Below the pieces are notes generated by a model. It searched no databases and was not told the DNA's origin. It worked only from the letters and a program-made list of their open reading frames with translations. Both the position numbers and the translations under genes were made by a program. A stretch of 64,000 bases of DNA from Azolla caroliniana (Eukaryota > Plantae > Polypodiophyta). The DNA lies in assembly GCA_043228905.1 (NCBI GenBank), contig JBHGNT010000013.1, positions 9,548,001 through 9,612,000 on the forward strand, read 5' to 3'. Of the stretch, positions 23,436-35,569 are shown piece by piece. Numbering within the stretch: position 1 is the stretch's first letter; each line of letters starts with the position of its first letter.

Positions 23436-25859
23436 ATGCAGCTAATTAGCTGTCAATAGCTAAATAGTCATCAATAGAATGAAATCAACAATCTGCAACA
23501 TATTCCTCAAATTACACAGTAGATAAGTACAGTGGGAACAAGTAATTAAATTCTTCATTGAATAATGTCATCTCTTTACATATTTATAAATTACCATTGG
23601 AAATGTCTACAAATCTCCTATAAACAGCTAAGCTCTTGCTAGTCAGTGGAACGAGTCTACATATATTATCCGCATATTGAGCTCGGTATGGAGTCCACAA
23701 CCATGCACCTAGTTGGCAGCTCACTGTTTGCACCAGGTACTGTTCAGGCATTTCCTCGGGTAGAATGAGACAGCATCTCCGAATATTGAAGTAGCTAATG
23801 ATCATAAAGTGAAATGACAAAGTGCAATGCAAGAGGAAATGGACTCCTTGCACAAAAATTATACTTATGATTTGATGGAGCTACCAAAATGTAAGAGAGC
23901 ACTAAAAAATAAATGAGTCTACAAAGTGAAAACTTGAGAAGTCTATAGTACACCCATATATAAAGCCCGTATTGTGGTGAAGGGGTTTTAGTAGAAAAAG
24001 GGTGTTGACTTTGATGAGATATTTGCACCAGTCATGAAGATGACATCAATTCGAAATGTTCTAAGCATAACTGCCAGTATGAACCTAGAGATTGAACAAT
24101 TGGATGTCAAAACAACATTCTTGAATGGGGAGCTGGATGAAGAGATTTATATGCAACAACTTGAAGGCTTTGTAGAGAAAGGTAAAGAGAACTTGGTGTG
24201 TTGACTGAAGAAAAGCTTGTATGGTCTGAAACAAGATCCATGCCAATGGTATAAGAAGTTTGAATCCTTTATGCTAGAACATGGGTTCCACAAAACATAG
24301 GCTAATCACTATGTGTTTGTAAAAAGGTACGATGAAGATGACTTCTTAATTCTCTTATTATATGTTGATGACATGTTGATAGTCGGAAAAGATACAAGGA
24401 AGAACAGGAGCCTAAAGAAATCTTTAGGGAAGTCATTTGCCATGAAAGATCTTGGATAGACTAAACAGATCTTAGGGATGCACATAGTTCGAGATAGAAC
24501 TAAGAAGGTGCTATGGTTGTCACAAGAGAAATATGTGACAAGGATCTTGGTGCTATTGGTTAAGGTGACACGGTGCCGAATCCTCAGTTCTTCGGGTTTC
24601 GGCTGAAGGGTATTGTGGTTCAGGAATGGGAGAGTACGTCGTAACTGTGATACGGGTGACTATACACTAAGCTTGTAAGTGTTAACTTAATTGTGGAGAC
24701 TTTGGAGATTAGAAAGACGACTACAACCGAATCCTTACACAATAGCATACACGGCGTATATAACTCAACACAGAAAATGAGCTCGACACGGAACAAATAC
24801 GAAGAATTATGAGAACATAGAGAGTCAGGGAAACATAAAATATATTGCAGATGTTTGAATACAAAATATCGCTAGCTATTACAAGTGCATATTGAAGGAT
24901 CTGGGCGTTCTTATCAAGGATCCGATTCTCCTATACTGCGACAACATGAGTAGTATCTACTTGTTTTGAAACGTCGTCTTCCACGCGCGGATTAACCATA
25001 TCGAAGTGCACTATCACTTCATCCAAGAGTGCGTTCAGGTTGGAGATGTCGATTTACAACACATCAACATGAATCTACAGGTAGCCGACATCTTCACAAA
25101 AGCCCTGGCGATCGACCAACTGCGGCAGTTCGCGATGAACCTTGGTCTCTCGATGACCGACTAGTCGTGCTTGAGGGGGAGTACGGAAAATGAAAACAAC
25201 AGTAACCGTCGATGTCGAACAACAGCTGAAGGAGTGAAAATACGATAACAATCAAGCGAAGAGCCGAACAAGGAGCATGAAATAATCAAGCAGTCGAAAG
25301 CGGAACAATCGAAACAGCTCGAAGCCAAATCGAAGTGTTTCGAAGATCGAACCTGTTAGAGACATGAACTAATTTTTTTAGTACATAATTTTTTTGTACT
25401 AGGAGCATAAAATAAGGATAAAAGATAGATCTAGATAGAAGGGAGAGAGAGAAAGAAGGGTGCTGATGCACCCGAACACCCCCGAGTGAAGGGATCGAGA
25501 TGAACTCGAGCATCGATCGGTGTCCCATACCACCACCATGGCATCGAGTCGTACCTGGTGTTGGCGCGCTCTCTACAGGAGTTGACCCACCACAAGACAA
25601 AGTCTCAACGTAGTCAACAAGATGATCAAATGAGGGTAGCTAGGCCCCTCTTATTTATAGTGATACCCAAGGCCCCCAAGCAAGTTCACACTTGGCCTAA
25701 TGGGTTGTCTCAATCCCGAGGATTAAAAGTAATCCTCCCCTTCATTATACTCTCGTGTAACCCTCACACTTATCCACGTGTATAGAATACTACGGTAAAT
25801 TCTCACCACGGGATATTATATGGTCATGCCCGTAACATACTCCCCCTCTTTAAAACATT

Positions 25860-27790
25860 GCACTCTTGCAATGGAAAGTTAGGGAAGTTAGTTCTGAGAG
25901 AATTTTTGCGTTCCCATGTGGCATCTTTTATTGATTTATCCATCCATTTTATTTTAAATTCTCAGATTTCTTTAGTACATAATTTTTTTGTTTTAACACC
26001 AAGAATTCTTTCTGGTACATGTGGTTTAGAAGATAATTCTTCAGAAGTAACTAGAGTTTCAGTTGTAATTGTATTGTCGCCAGAACCTAGAAGTTCTTTT
26101 AGACGACTCACATGAAAAACTGGATGAATTTCAACACCATCAGGAAGAGCGAGACGATAGGTTGATGGCCCAATGTGTTTGAGGACTGTAAAAGGTCCAC
26201 AAAACCATGGGGCTAACTTAGCGCACTTACCCTTAGACAATGTCTTAGAATTCTGAGGTACACGTAAAAATACATTTTGTCCAGGGTTGAATACACGAGG
26301 TTGCCTATGATGATTGGCATAAAAATGCGCTCTATCTTGAGCTGTTTTTATATTATCTCGTGCAATATGCAACATATCTTGCATATCCCGAAGAAAGTTT
26401 TGCATACTTCACAACTCATCATGATGTATATTAACATCAATCAGGGCTCGTGGCTGAAAACCATACATCAACATAAAAGGATTATATCCACTCGACGTAT
26501 GCTTGGAGCTGTTATAAGCAAACTCCAAAATTGGGAGAGACAACTTTCCCATTTTGTTGGTTTCGCACCAACGTATGCTTGAAGCATGTCCTCAATAATT
26601 TGATTTACTCGTTCTGTCTGTCCATCGGATTGAGAATGATCCGTGGAGCTCATGCTCAATGTAGTTTCTAACTTCTTGAAGACTTGCGTCCAGAAGTCAC
26701 TTGTAAACTTTGGATCTCGATCACTCACGATATCCATCGGTAACCCATAAAAACGAAATAACTCGTCAACGAATTGGTAAGCCAATTCAGGAGCTGTTAC
26801 CGTGGATTTAGTAGCAATAGATCTAGCCATTTTAGTTAGTCTATCAACCACAACCCAGATGGCATCATGGCCTTTTTGGGTACGAGGAAGGCTAAAAATA
26901 AAATCCATGGATATACTTTCCCACTTATTATTGGGAATGTCCAAGGGATGTAAAAGTCTTGCAACTTTAATTCGCTCAGCTTTGTTAACCTAACATTGGT
27001 GACATTTAGTCACATAACTATGTATGTCCGGACACATCTTAGGCCAATAGAATTGAGTGGAGATGAGAACAAGTGTACGATGTATTCCAGGGTGCCCTGT
27101 GGAGGGTGCATCATGGCATTCAAAAAGAATTCTCTTTTTGACCTTAGGCAAATCTGGAACACAAACTTTCCCATAATGGTAGAGCAGACCGTTAGCAATG
27201 TGGAAGTATTCCTTCGAGGATGTGGTGGTGTCTGTTCCAGACTCAACTCTTGTCCAATATTTTGCAAAATAACTATCATCAGGATACTTTCCTCGAAGGT
27301 GATCATAAAGATCTAATGTTATTTCAATGAATCTAAGCCTGTTAACTTCAGAGATGCGACTTAGTGCATTAACGACAGTGTTCATGGAACCTTTACGATA
27401 TCGTATGGAAAATTCAAAGTCCTGGATGAGATCAGCCCATCGTGCCTTACGACCTTTCAGGTCTTGGTGGTCACAAAAATATTTCAAGGACTTGTGGTCC
27501 GTAGTTACCACAAAGACAATGGCACCATGTTTTGAGCGCATGTATAATTGCAAATAATTTCTTTTCTTGAACGGTATACTGACATTGAGTAGATCAAGTT
27601 TCTTACTCTTGAATGTTATTGGTTTACCATCTTGATATAAGACAACACCTATTGCATAATCGCTTGCATTGGTTTCAACCTCAAAAGGTTTTGAAGGATC
27701 GGGTAAAAGAAGTGAAGGAGCCTTGCATACCAGGTCCTTGAGTTCCTTAAAGGTGAGGTCTAGTGTAGCATTCCAGACAATAGGTTTTGT
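25860..27790 (-). pseudogene. pol: chromovirus pol: RNase H, integrase, chromodomain
   Basis: TDHKSLKY, HDAPSTGHPG, WESISMDF, IVSDRDPKF, QSDGQTER, HPVFHVSRLK, PERIL..KW..DATWE. Confidence 0.9.
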
Positions 27791-27800
27791 AGACTTACGC

Positions 27801-29230
27801 TATCGTGTGAATCTTCACACACTATGTAAAAAAAATAATGAAATAATTATTATAGATTAGATTAGTAGCTTACTATAGAAAGATGGATATACTCAAGAGC
27901 TTCAAAACGTATTTTACTATATACAAAATGGAGAAATACATATCAAGTTATGTGAAAATAAAGTTTGAGAAGATAGGGAAATTAGAACTATCCCACATAG
28001 ATAGGAAAGTTAAGGCCCTGGCTATATAAGCACCTTGAGCTCCCTCATTTTTCATTTGTGCTAAGAGCACTTTGGCCACTTTGTCTTGATGGATGAGGGT
28101 GGCCAAATTCCCTAAAACCAGAAACCGGCCGGTAAACAAATCCGGAAATCGGCCGATAAGCAAATCCGGAAACCGGCTGGTATGCAAACTGGAAACCGAT
28201 TGGTAAGCAAACTTGGAACCGGAAACCGGCCGGTAAACAAAAACTGGAACTGGAACCGGCAAGCAAACCGGAACTGGAACCGGTCGGCAAGCAAAACCGG
28301 AATCCGAAACCGGCCGGTAAGCAAAACCGCAACCGCAACCAGCAAGCAAACTGGAACCGGAACCGGAACCGGTCGGCAAGCAAACCGGAACCGATCGGCA
28401 AGCAAAATCGAACCGGCCGGCGAGAGATTTGGCGATCGGGCGTAACCGGCTACCGGACGAGGTTGGACGTGGATGGACGGAAGATTGGATCATGCAACAA
28501 ACTAAAGTAAAGTGAAGAGAACTAAAGTAAAGGCCATGTGGACGCAAGCAACTAAAGTTGGAGTGCATGAAAATATAAAGGTCATGTGGACGGTCACATG
28601 CAACTAAACGAAAAAGCCATGCAACTAAAAATAGATGCAACTAAAAGAAAAAGCGAAGCAACTAAAAGTAGAGGCCATGTAACAAAAAGTGGACATGCAG
28701 ATGATCAAGGGAAAACTCCAAATAAAATTCCATTTTTTTTCCTACACTCAAACTCTTTCCATAATATCTTAATTTTTTTTCTTTTCTTTCTTAGGTCCCT
28801 TATCTTATGGAAGCCATAACTCTCGTAATCCCTAAATTTCTTTATGGAAGCCATACACCCTAATATTCCCTACAGAAGCCATAATACTCATATAACCTAA
28901 TCCTAAAATTCCCTACGTAAGTCATAACACTTGAAAACCCTAATCTTCCCTATGGAAGCCATAACACTCATATAACCCTAATCTTCCCTACGGAAGCCAT
29001 AATACTCATATAACCTAATCCTAATTTTCCCTACGGAAACCATCTCTCAAACCCCTAATTTTTCATGGTGGCTCCCTGAGGCTCAACCATGTATGTTCGC
29101 ATCATGAATAGTTTATACACGAAAAAAATGTTAACAATAAACTATGTTTCGGTGCCCACATATGTGGTTTCGGCTCTTTATGTCCTATTACGAGGACCCC
29201 GAAGTGCACTTAGACCTCAAGTCTAAACAT
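27801..29230. mobile_element. LTR of family Z (homologue of the solo LTR 56884-58051) with AACCGG-rich repeats
   Basis: T(A)TCGTGTG start, colinear with 56884 onward. AACCGG repeats 28115-28450, GGAAGCCATA/AACCCTAAT repeats 28800-29060. The right end is uncertain. Confidence 0.75.
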
Positions 29231-30019
29231 GTGTTATAGTCATATGTATCAACAATGTTGTATGGTCTTGGTTATATTTGTACTCAAGACCTCAAGAACA
29301 AATGCATTAAACACTTGAGCTAACCATTTAGGTTGCTCTTTTTGAATGATTAATGTTTCATGCGTATAAGAGATAAGCGAGGCATTTGCCCATATATGTT
29401 TTTTTTAAAGGAAACATATATGTCAAGAGTCCTTATTTCCCCCTCGTTTACTACAAAATATGTTGGTACGTTACCTAACCTCAAGTTTCATAATTACGAT
29501 GGCATACGCCAAAGTGCAACCTAATGGTCAAGCCAAATGAGCCCTCTTTTCGTAGTAGGCCCACATGGCCCATCACATGGTTACGTCATTACGAATGCCT
29601 CTCGTAAGAATGATCTCATGGTGGCATTGTATCCATGTAACGAGGGAGGGATGTTAGATATGTGTGTCATAGGAGCAACCTCACATGAACTGGGTCAAGC
29701 CCTACGTTCTTAACATCATTGTGGCTATAGGCATTTCTTTACGTAATAAAATTGAAGTCACCAATGGGAATGTCAACAATAAAAAATTGTTGAAAAAAGG
29801 GATGGTGACAACGCCATTCTCACAAAAATGTGAGGACGGCCACCAAGATCCTTTTCCCAAGAAGGACAACATTCGATAGAAATCACGTAATATCAAATAT
29901 ACATCTATGTTTACTTATCACATATATACAATCAAATACATATACACGTGACCACATATGCGTACATTAAACAAATCGTTACATCAAATAGCCAGAAATG
30001 ATGTCATCGAGATACGTAA

Positions 30020-30330
30020 TCGAGGCATATACCCTTTACGCACACGAAACATCCAAAAATAAGGGTTCATCGTGATACACAATTGAGGTATTGACCTCTT
30101 ACGCAGACACACAATTGAGGTATTGACCTCTTACGCAGACACACAATTGAGGTATTGACCTCTTACGCAGACGAGACCAAACGCATATCATTTACAACGA
30201 AATCGAGGTATTGACCTCATACGCATACATAACATATGTATGTGAGCGTAATACACAATTGAGGTATTAACTTCGTGTGCATACGACACTAATAACATAT
30301 TATTGATATGTCAAATGAGGTATTGACCTC
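30020..30330. repeat. Array of GAGGTATTGACCTC mini-hairpins, including 3 perfect 32-bp tandem units (30077-30172)
   Basis: Directly visible. Further copies near 30204, 30261 and 30317. Confidence 0.85.
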
Positions 30331-31668
30331 GTGCACATATGTAAACATTTTATATAACCAATTAATTACCACTACAACATCATTGAATCTATAAAACAAA
30401 ATTACATATTAACCATACACATGATTAAATTGGGAGAAGAAAGAATAGAAAAAAACAAAAAAGATTACCGAAGTTCCTTTGTTGATTGCTGTTTGGAACA
30501 AGGTCGACCGCACGTTGATCGATCGCCATCCATCAAGAAGACAAAACCAACAAAAGAAACATTAGAACATAGGCTCTGATACCAACTGTTAGAGACATGA
30601 ACTAATATAAGCACTAGATAAGGATAGAATATAGATAGATAGATAGGAGAGAGAGAAAGAAGGGTGCCGATCCACCCGACCACCCTCGAGTGAAGGGATC
30701 GAGATGGACTCGAGCCTCGATCGGCGTCCCATACCACCGTCGTGGCGTTGAGTCGTACCTAGTGCTGGCGCGCTCGCTACAAGAGTTGACCCACCACAAG
30801 ACAGAGTCTCGACCTAGTCAACCAGATGATCAAATGAGGGTAGCTAGGCCTCTTATTTATAGCGATACCCAAGGCCCCCAGGCAAGTTCACACTTGGCCT
30901 AATGGGTTGTCTCAATCCCGAGGATTAAAAGTAATCCTCCCCTTCTTTACACTCTTGTTTAACCCTCACACTTATCCACGTGTATAGAATACTACGGTAA
31001 ATTCTCACCACGAGATATTATATGGTCATGCCCATAATAGAACTGAAGCAACGTTTCGACATCCAGAAGTTGTGTTCGAAGGGGCGTGTTGAGAATCGAA
31101 CTCAACTTCCCATAGAGACTGTTCACACTAGCCATTGGACATCATACTAGGCTAGATTTGTAATTAGTAGAAAGGGCACTTGCCCGAGATCAGTTGGTAT
31201 TTAAACCAACCCTTTGTAACTTAGTTACTGTTGGATGTAATTCTAATTTTACTAATACATCTTCTTGTTCAAGCTCTCTCTCTCTCTCTCTTGCCTTACG
31301 TGTACTCACACACACCTAGAGTTCGCTTCCGTTGCATAGCACCACCTACGTCTCACCTTCTTCACAAGAAACTATATTGCAAATGTTTGAATACAAAATA
31401 TCGCTAGCTATTACAAGTTTTCCATGCCCTTTATATACAGGGTTATGCTCGGTTATGCTCGGTGCATTGTCACGGAAATCCGCGCCTACGGGTCAGTCGA
31501 ACGGGACCACTGGGGTCTTTGACCAAGAGGTGACTTGTGCTTGTAGGGAATCGACCGTCGTTTAGGTTTATAATCGGGTCGTTCTTGTTGTTGCAGATGT
31601 TTGTTTGGGTTGACTAAGAGAGAGAGAGAGAGAGAGAGATTGAGAAAAATTTTACCGCACCACAAAGA

Positions 31669-32466
31669 TGTCGTGAAGCACATGACACATGTGCCAAACG
31701 TCGCGATGTGCATGTTACACGTGCACAGACAAGCACCAACCTCTATTCGCAAGTGGTGATGGAGGATCAAAAGGATTGTTCAAGACAATGAAGCAGAACC
31801 GTCAGTGTTCTGGACCGGAAGGACTAGCGCAAGCGAGAAAGTATTAAAGATGGATTGGTAGATAGATAGATATGGATGAGAATTCCAATTCCCAGTTTGA
31901 ACCTCTGACTTTAAAATTGAGGGACAAGACACATTGCCAATGAGATCACTAAGATTTATTATTGTTGTTATTGATTCCATACATTGCTTGATTTCCTTTC
32001 CTTCTTATATAGATGCCCCCATGCATATGATGCATGGAGGGTGTAAGACATGCATACAATACATGAAATGCATGTGATGAATGATTGTCATTTGGCACTC
32101 ATGCATCACATGTTGCATGATGACCATGTCTCTCATTCAAGCTCTCATGTACGAGTTGTTACATGTGAAAAGTACAATGAAGAAATAAACTTTAAAGAAA
32201 ATAACCTAGCCTAATGGTATGTCAATTGCCTCCTATCCTCGAGGTGTAAAGTTCAAAACTTTACTTGCACCTCATTGTATGCCACTAGGCCCTAGGCTTA
32301 TTTTTATATCTTGTATAATGAACACCTAAACACACATCACACGTGCACATTAACGTGCTAACATAAATGTGTAACAATCATTCCTTTCATACATGTGCAC
32401 ATTGCACTTTCTAGATTTTCCTCGTTCCACGTGATTTTCACATTGTTGCTGAACATCTTTACGACA
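31669..32466 (-). mobile_element. LTR related to the G1 LTR
   Basis: TGTCGTGAAG...CTTTACGACA termini. 32040-32270 is the reverse complement of ~2725-2950. Confidence 0.75.
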
Positions 32467-34940
32467 ACATGAACTGTTACTTTTTCTTTAAAATATTAAT
32501 TACGCTTCGGTTGTCCCTATGGTACGGCTGTTACTCCCTCTTCATTACACTACGGCCCCACCCGTCTTCCTCGCTTGCCGTAACCATCCCTTTATCTTTT
32601 CTCCTTCTCGACCTTTCCCACTTGCCCATCCGAGACGGCCAACACTTGGAGAGGTTCAACATGTCGGAAGCAAAGCCAGTCGGCTCTGTGTTGCCGACCA
32701 ACTGCAAGTTGAATGCTAAGCAATGCCCAAAGAGCGAGAAGGGGAAGGCCGAGATGAGGAAAGTACCATATGCCTTGGCCATCGGTAGTTTGATGTATGC
32801 TATGGTCTGCACAAGACCAGCCATACCATTTGTTGTGGGAGCGCAAGCCGATATATGAATAATCCAGGACGAAAACATTAGGCAGTTGTTAAATGGATAC
32901 TTAGATACATCAAAGGGTCCTCAGGGGTGTGCCTCAAGTATGGTGTTAGAAAATCTGTACTCGAAGGTTTTACCGACTCGGACATGTCGGAGGATGTAGA
33001 ATTGAGTTGGTCCACTTTAGGGTACGTGAGGACATATGCAGGGGGAGCAGTTGTGAAGAAAAGCGGGGAATATTGCTCGGCCACAACCGAGTCTTGAATC
33101 ACAGAAATGGGAAGTAGAGATTACACAAAATATTTACGTGGAAAACCCTAATAGGGTAAAAAACCATGGGAGCGCACAAACTCCAAACTATCACTATATG
33201 AGAAAGGTACAATCAGAGACTCGGAGGCAACGACCTCGAGCTTTGTTTCTTCGTCGAGTGACAATTACAACAGAGTATCGCTCTGTATCTCTCTATACAA
33301 CAGTTATACACACACAAAATATGACAACAACTACCAACACACAAAATTGATTGCCCTAAGTCATATATATACTTATATGAACTTGCGTCTATTTACAAAT
33401 ATAGCCTCAATGGGCTTCCTCAAAACATATTTACAAGTATGTCTTCTCTTCCGGGTCCATCCGATCCGGTTTCCGAATCTCTTCCGGTTCTCACTAGGTC
33501 CTCTTCATTTATAACCGGATTCCATCTGGAGGGACCGATTTCCCAACAATCTCCCCCTTCACTCCGGCATGGGATGTCTCGCAAGCCCGATCCGCTTTTG
33601 GCACGCGCCTAGCTTGTCGATTGTCAACACCTTGGTCAACATATCTGACCCGTTCTCCTCCGTGTGGATCTTCGTGAGTACGAATTCTTGATCTTCTACT
33701 CTCTCCCGGATCCAATGGTACCCCCGCTGGATATGTTTCATCCGGGAATGGTAGGCCGCGTTCTTTGCAAGGTGGATGGCACTTTGACTGTCACAGTAGA
33801 GCCAATATTCCTCCTGTTGGATCCCTAGCTCTCTGATGAAGTCCTTCATCCAGATTATCTGCTTGCCGGCTTCTACAACTCCCATGTACTTTGCCTCCAT
33901 GGTTGACAACACAACCATCTTCTACAGCCTTGACAGCCATGAAACAACTTCCCCTGCATAAGTCATGACATATCCGGATGTTGACCGGCTGGTATCCGCA
34001 TCAGCCGACATATCTGAATCCGTGAAACCATCGAGTTGGGGTTTTCCGGAGCCAAACCAGAGGCACATACTCGAGGTGCCTTTCAGATATCGGAGTATCC
34101 ACTTGACCACTTTCCAATGCTCTCTTCGGGGATTGCTCATGAACCGGCTCACCACTCCGACCGTATATCTGATATCTAGCCGGGTACATACCATCACATA
34201 CATCAAGCTCCCAACGGTAGAGGCATATGGTATCTTCATCATATCCGTCTTCTCTGCCTTTGTCCTCAGGCTTTGTTTTCTGGATAGGTTGCAGTTTGCC
34301 GGAAGTGTCAATCTGACCAGTTTCGCCTCCGACATGTTGAACCGTTGAAGCACCTTTGTCATGTACTTCTCCTCTGACAACCACAACAACTTCTTTGACC
34401 GGTCCTAGATGATGTGCATTCCCAATATCTGTCTTGCCGGCCCCAAGTCTTTCATTGAGAAGGTCCGGTTTAGAGCCTTCTTCCGCATCCAAATCTTGCC
34501 TTGGTCTCGTCTGACGATCAGCATATCATCCATATATAGGAGTATCAAGAAATCTCCTCCATCAAATTTCTTCACAAACACGTAGTGATCAGCTTGCATC
34601 CTGTGGTACCCTTGGTCGGTCATGAAGGAGTCGAACTTCCGGTACCATTGTCGAGGAGCTTGCTTCAGTCGGTATAGGCTCTTCTTCAGCCGGCACACCA
34701 GGTGGTCCTTACCTTTCTTCTCAAATCCTTCTGGTTGATGCATGTAGATCACTTCTTCGAGGTCTTCATGTAGGAATGTCGTCTTGACGTCTAGTTGCTC
34801 TACCTCGAGGTCCATCCTTGTCACTATGCCCAATACCGTCCGGATGGATGTCATCTTTACACCCGGGGCAAAGATCTCATCGAAAGCCACTCCTTTCTTA
34901 TCATGGAACCCCTTCACCTCGATCCGAGCTTTGTATCTCA

Positions 34941-35569
34941 TGTTGGGAGACAGGTCCCTCCGGATGGGAAGGGAGAAGAACAGTGCCGACAAACAAACTC
35001 GGCCGAGGCCGAAACCGTATGAGGAGTACCCGGCTACGGAGAGCCGGATGGTGCAGACCCGACCCGGTATGAACCGGATGAGGAGTACCCGGCTACGGAG
35101 AACCGGATGAAGAGACATATTCGTAAATATGTTTCTGAGAGTCCACCGAGACTGTATTTGTAAATAGCCGAAAAGTCATATTAGTATAAATATGACTTAG
35201 GGCAAACTTTTAGTTGTTGTTGGTTGTTGTCATTCTTGCTGGTGCAAGAATAGAGAGTGTGCGTAACTGTACAGAGAGAGAGAGAGAGAGAAAGAGGTCG
35301 TTGCCTCTGTTGTAACCGCCGCATGTGGCGAAGATCGTGAGCACGAGGTCATTGCCTCCGTGAACTCACTGTTTTGTACATTCTTACATAGTGACAGTTT
35401 GCAACCTGTGGGCTGCCGTGGTTTTTTCCCCTAGTTTGGGGTTTTCCACGTAAACCTCCTGTGTATCTTCCTCTTCTTTGTGTCGTGTTCTATTTCCCGT
35501 TTTCTGTGTATCATTCTAAGCTCGGTTGTGTCCGAGCGTTGCGCATAAGGAACGTTGTAGTTCCTGTCA
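34941..35569 (+). mobile_element. Ty1/copia solo LTR (C5-related)
   Basis: TGTTGGGAGA...TTCCTGTCA with TSD TCTCA (34936-34940 / 35570-35574). Confidence 0.92.

Larger units (their letters stand above)
17633..23798 (+). mobile_element. DNA transposon-derived insert with a Sola2-like transposase gene; no recognisable TIR or TSD
   Basis: Interrupts copia C1 between ..GCCATGGGTGA and TGATCATAAAGTGAAA.. (EAMGD/DHKVK.QSAMQEE). Boundaries are uncertain by a few bases. Confidence 0.7.
25354..31039 (-). mobile_element. Chromovirus (Ty3/gypsy, tRNA-iMet primed), internally deleted; LTRs 25354-25837 and 30587-31039
   Basis: Paired LTRs, TSD GAACC/GAACT, PBS 30573-30584 (TGGTATCAGAGC on minus), PPT 25838-25850. 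Confidence 0.9.
24887..31366 (+). mobile_element. 3' fragment of a second copia family (RNase H 24887-25180, 3' LTR 31087-31366), split by a chromovirus
   Basis: LYCDNMSSI..FHAR..HIEVHYHF..QVADIFTKAL. PPT-like AAGGGGCG, then TGTTGAG...CTTCACA. Confidence 0.7.
24551..32644. mobile_element. LTR-type insertion X (outer ends only; interior deleted or replaced by nested elements)
   Basis: TG...CA ends flanked by TSD CTTGG (24546-24550 / 32645-32649) inside the C1 RT (VTRIL/ERFNM). Confidence 0.7.

Noticed and set aside
17633-23798. Helitron
   Set aside because: The A|T site and 3' CTAA fit, but there is no 5' TC, no subterminal hairpin and no Rep/helicase.
27948-28640. Overlapping ORFs with RF/PV repeats
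   Set aside because: By-product of AACCGG repeats within an LTR.
30020-30330. CRISPR array
   Set aside because: The 14-bp repeat is too short, three spacers are identical, and the context is eukaryotic TE.
24841-31418. 46-bp direct repeat (24841-24886 / 31373-31418) as a long TSD
   Set aside because: More simply the overlapping remnants of element X's two LTRs after an internal deletion.
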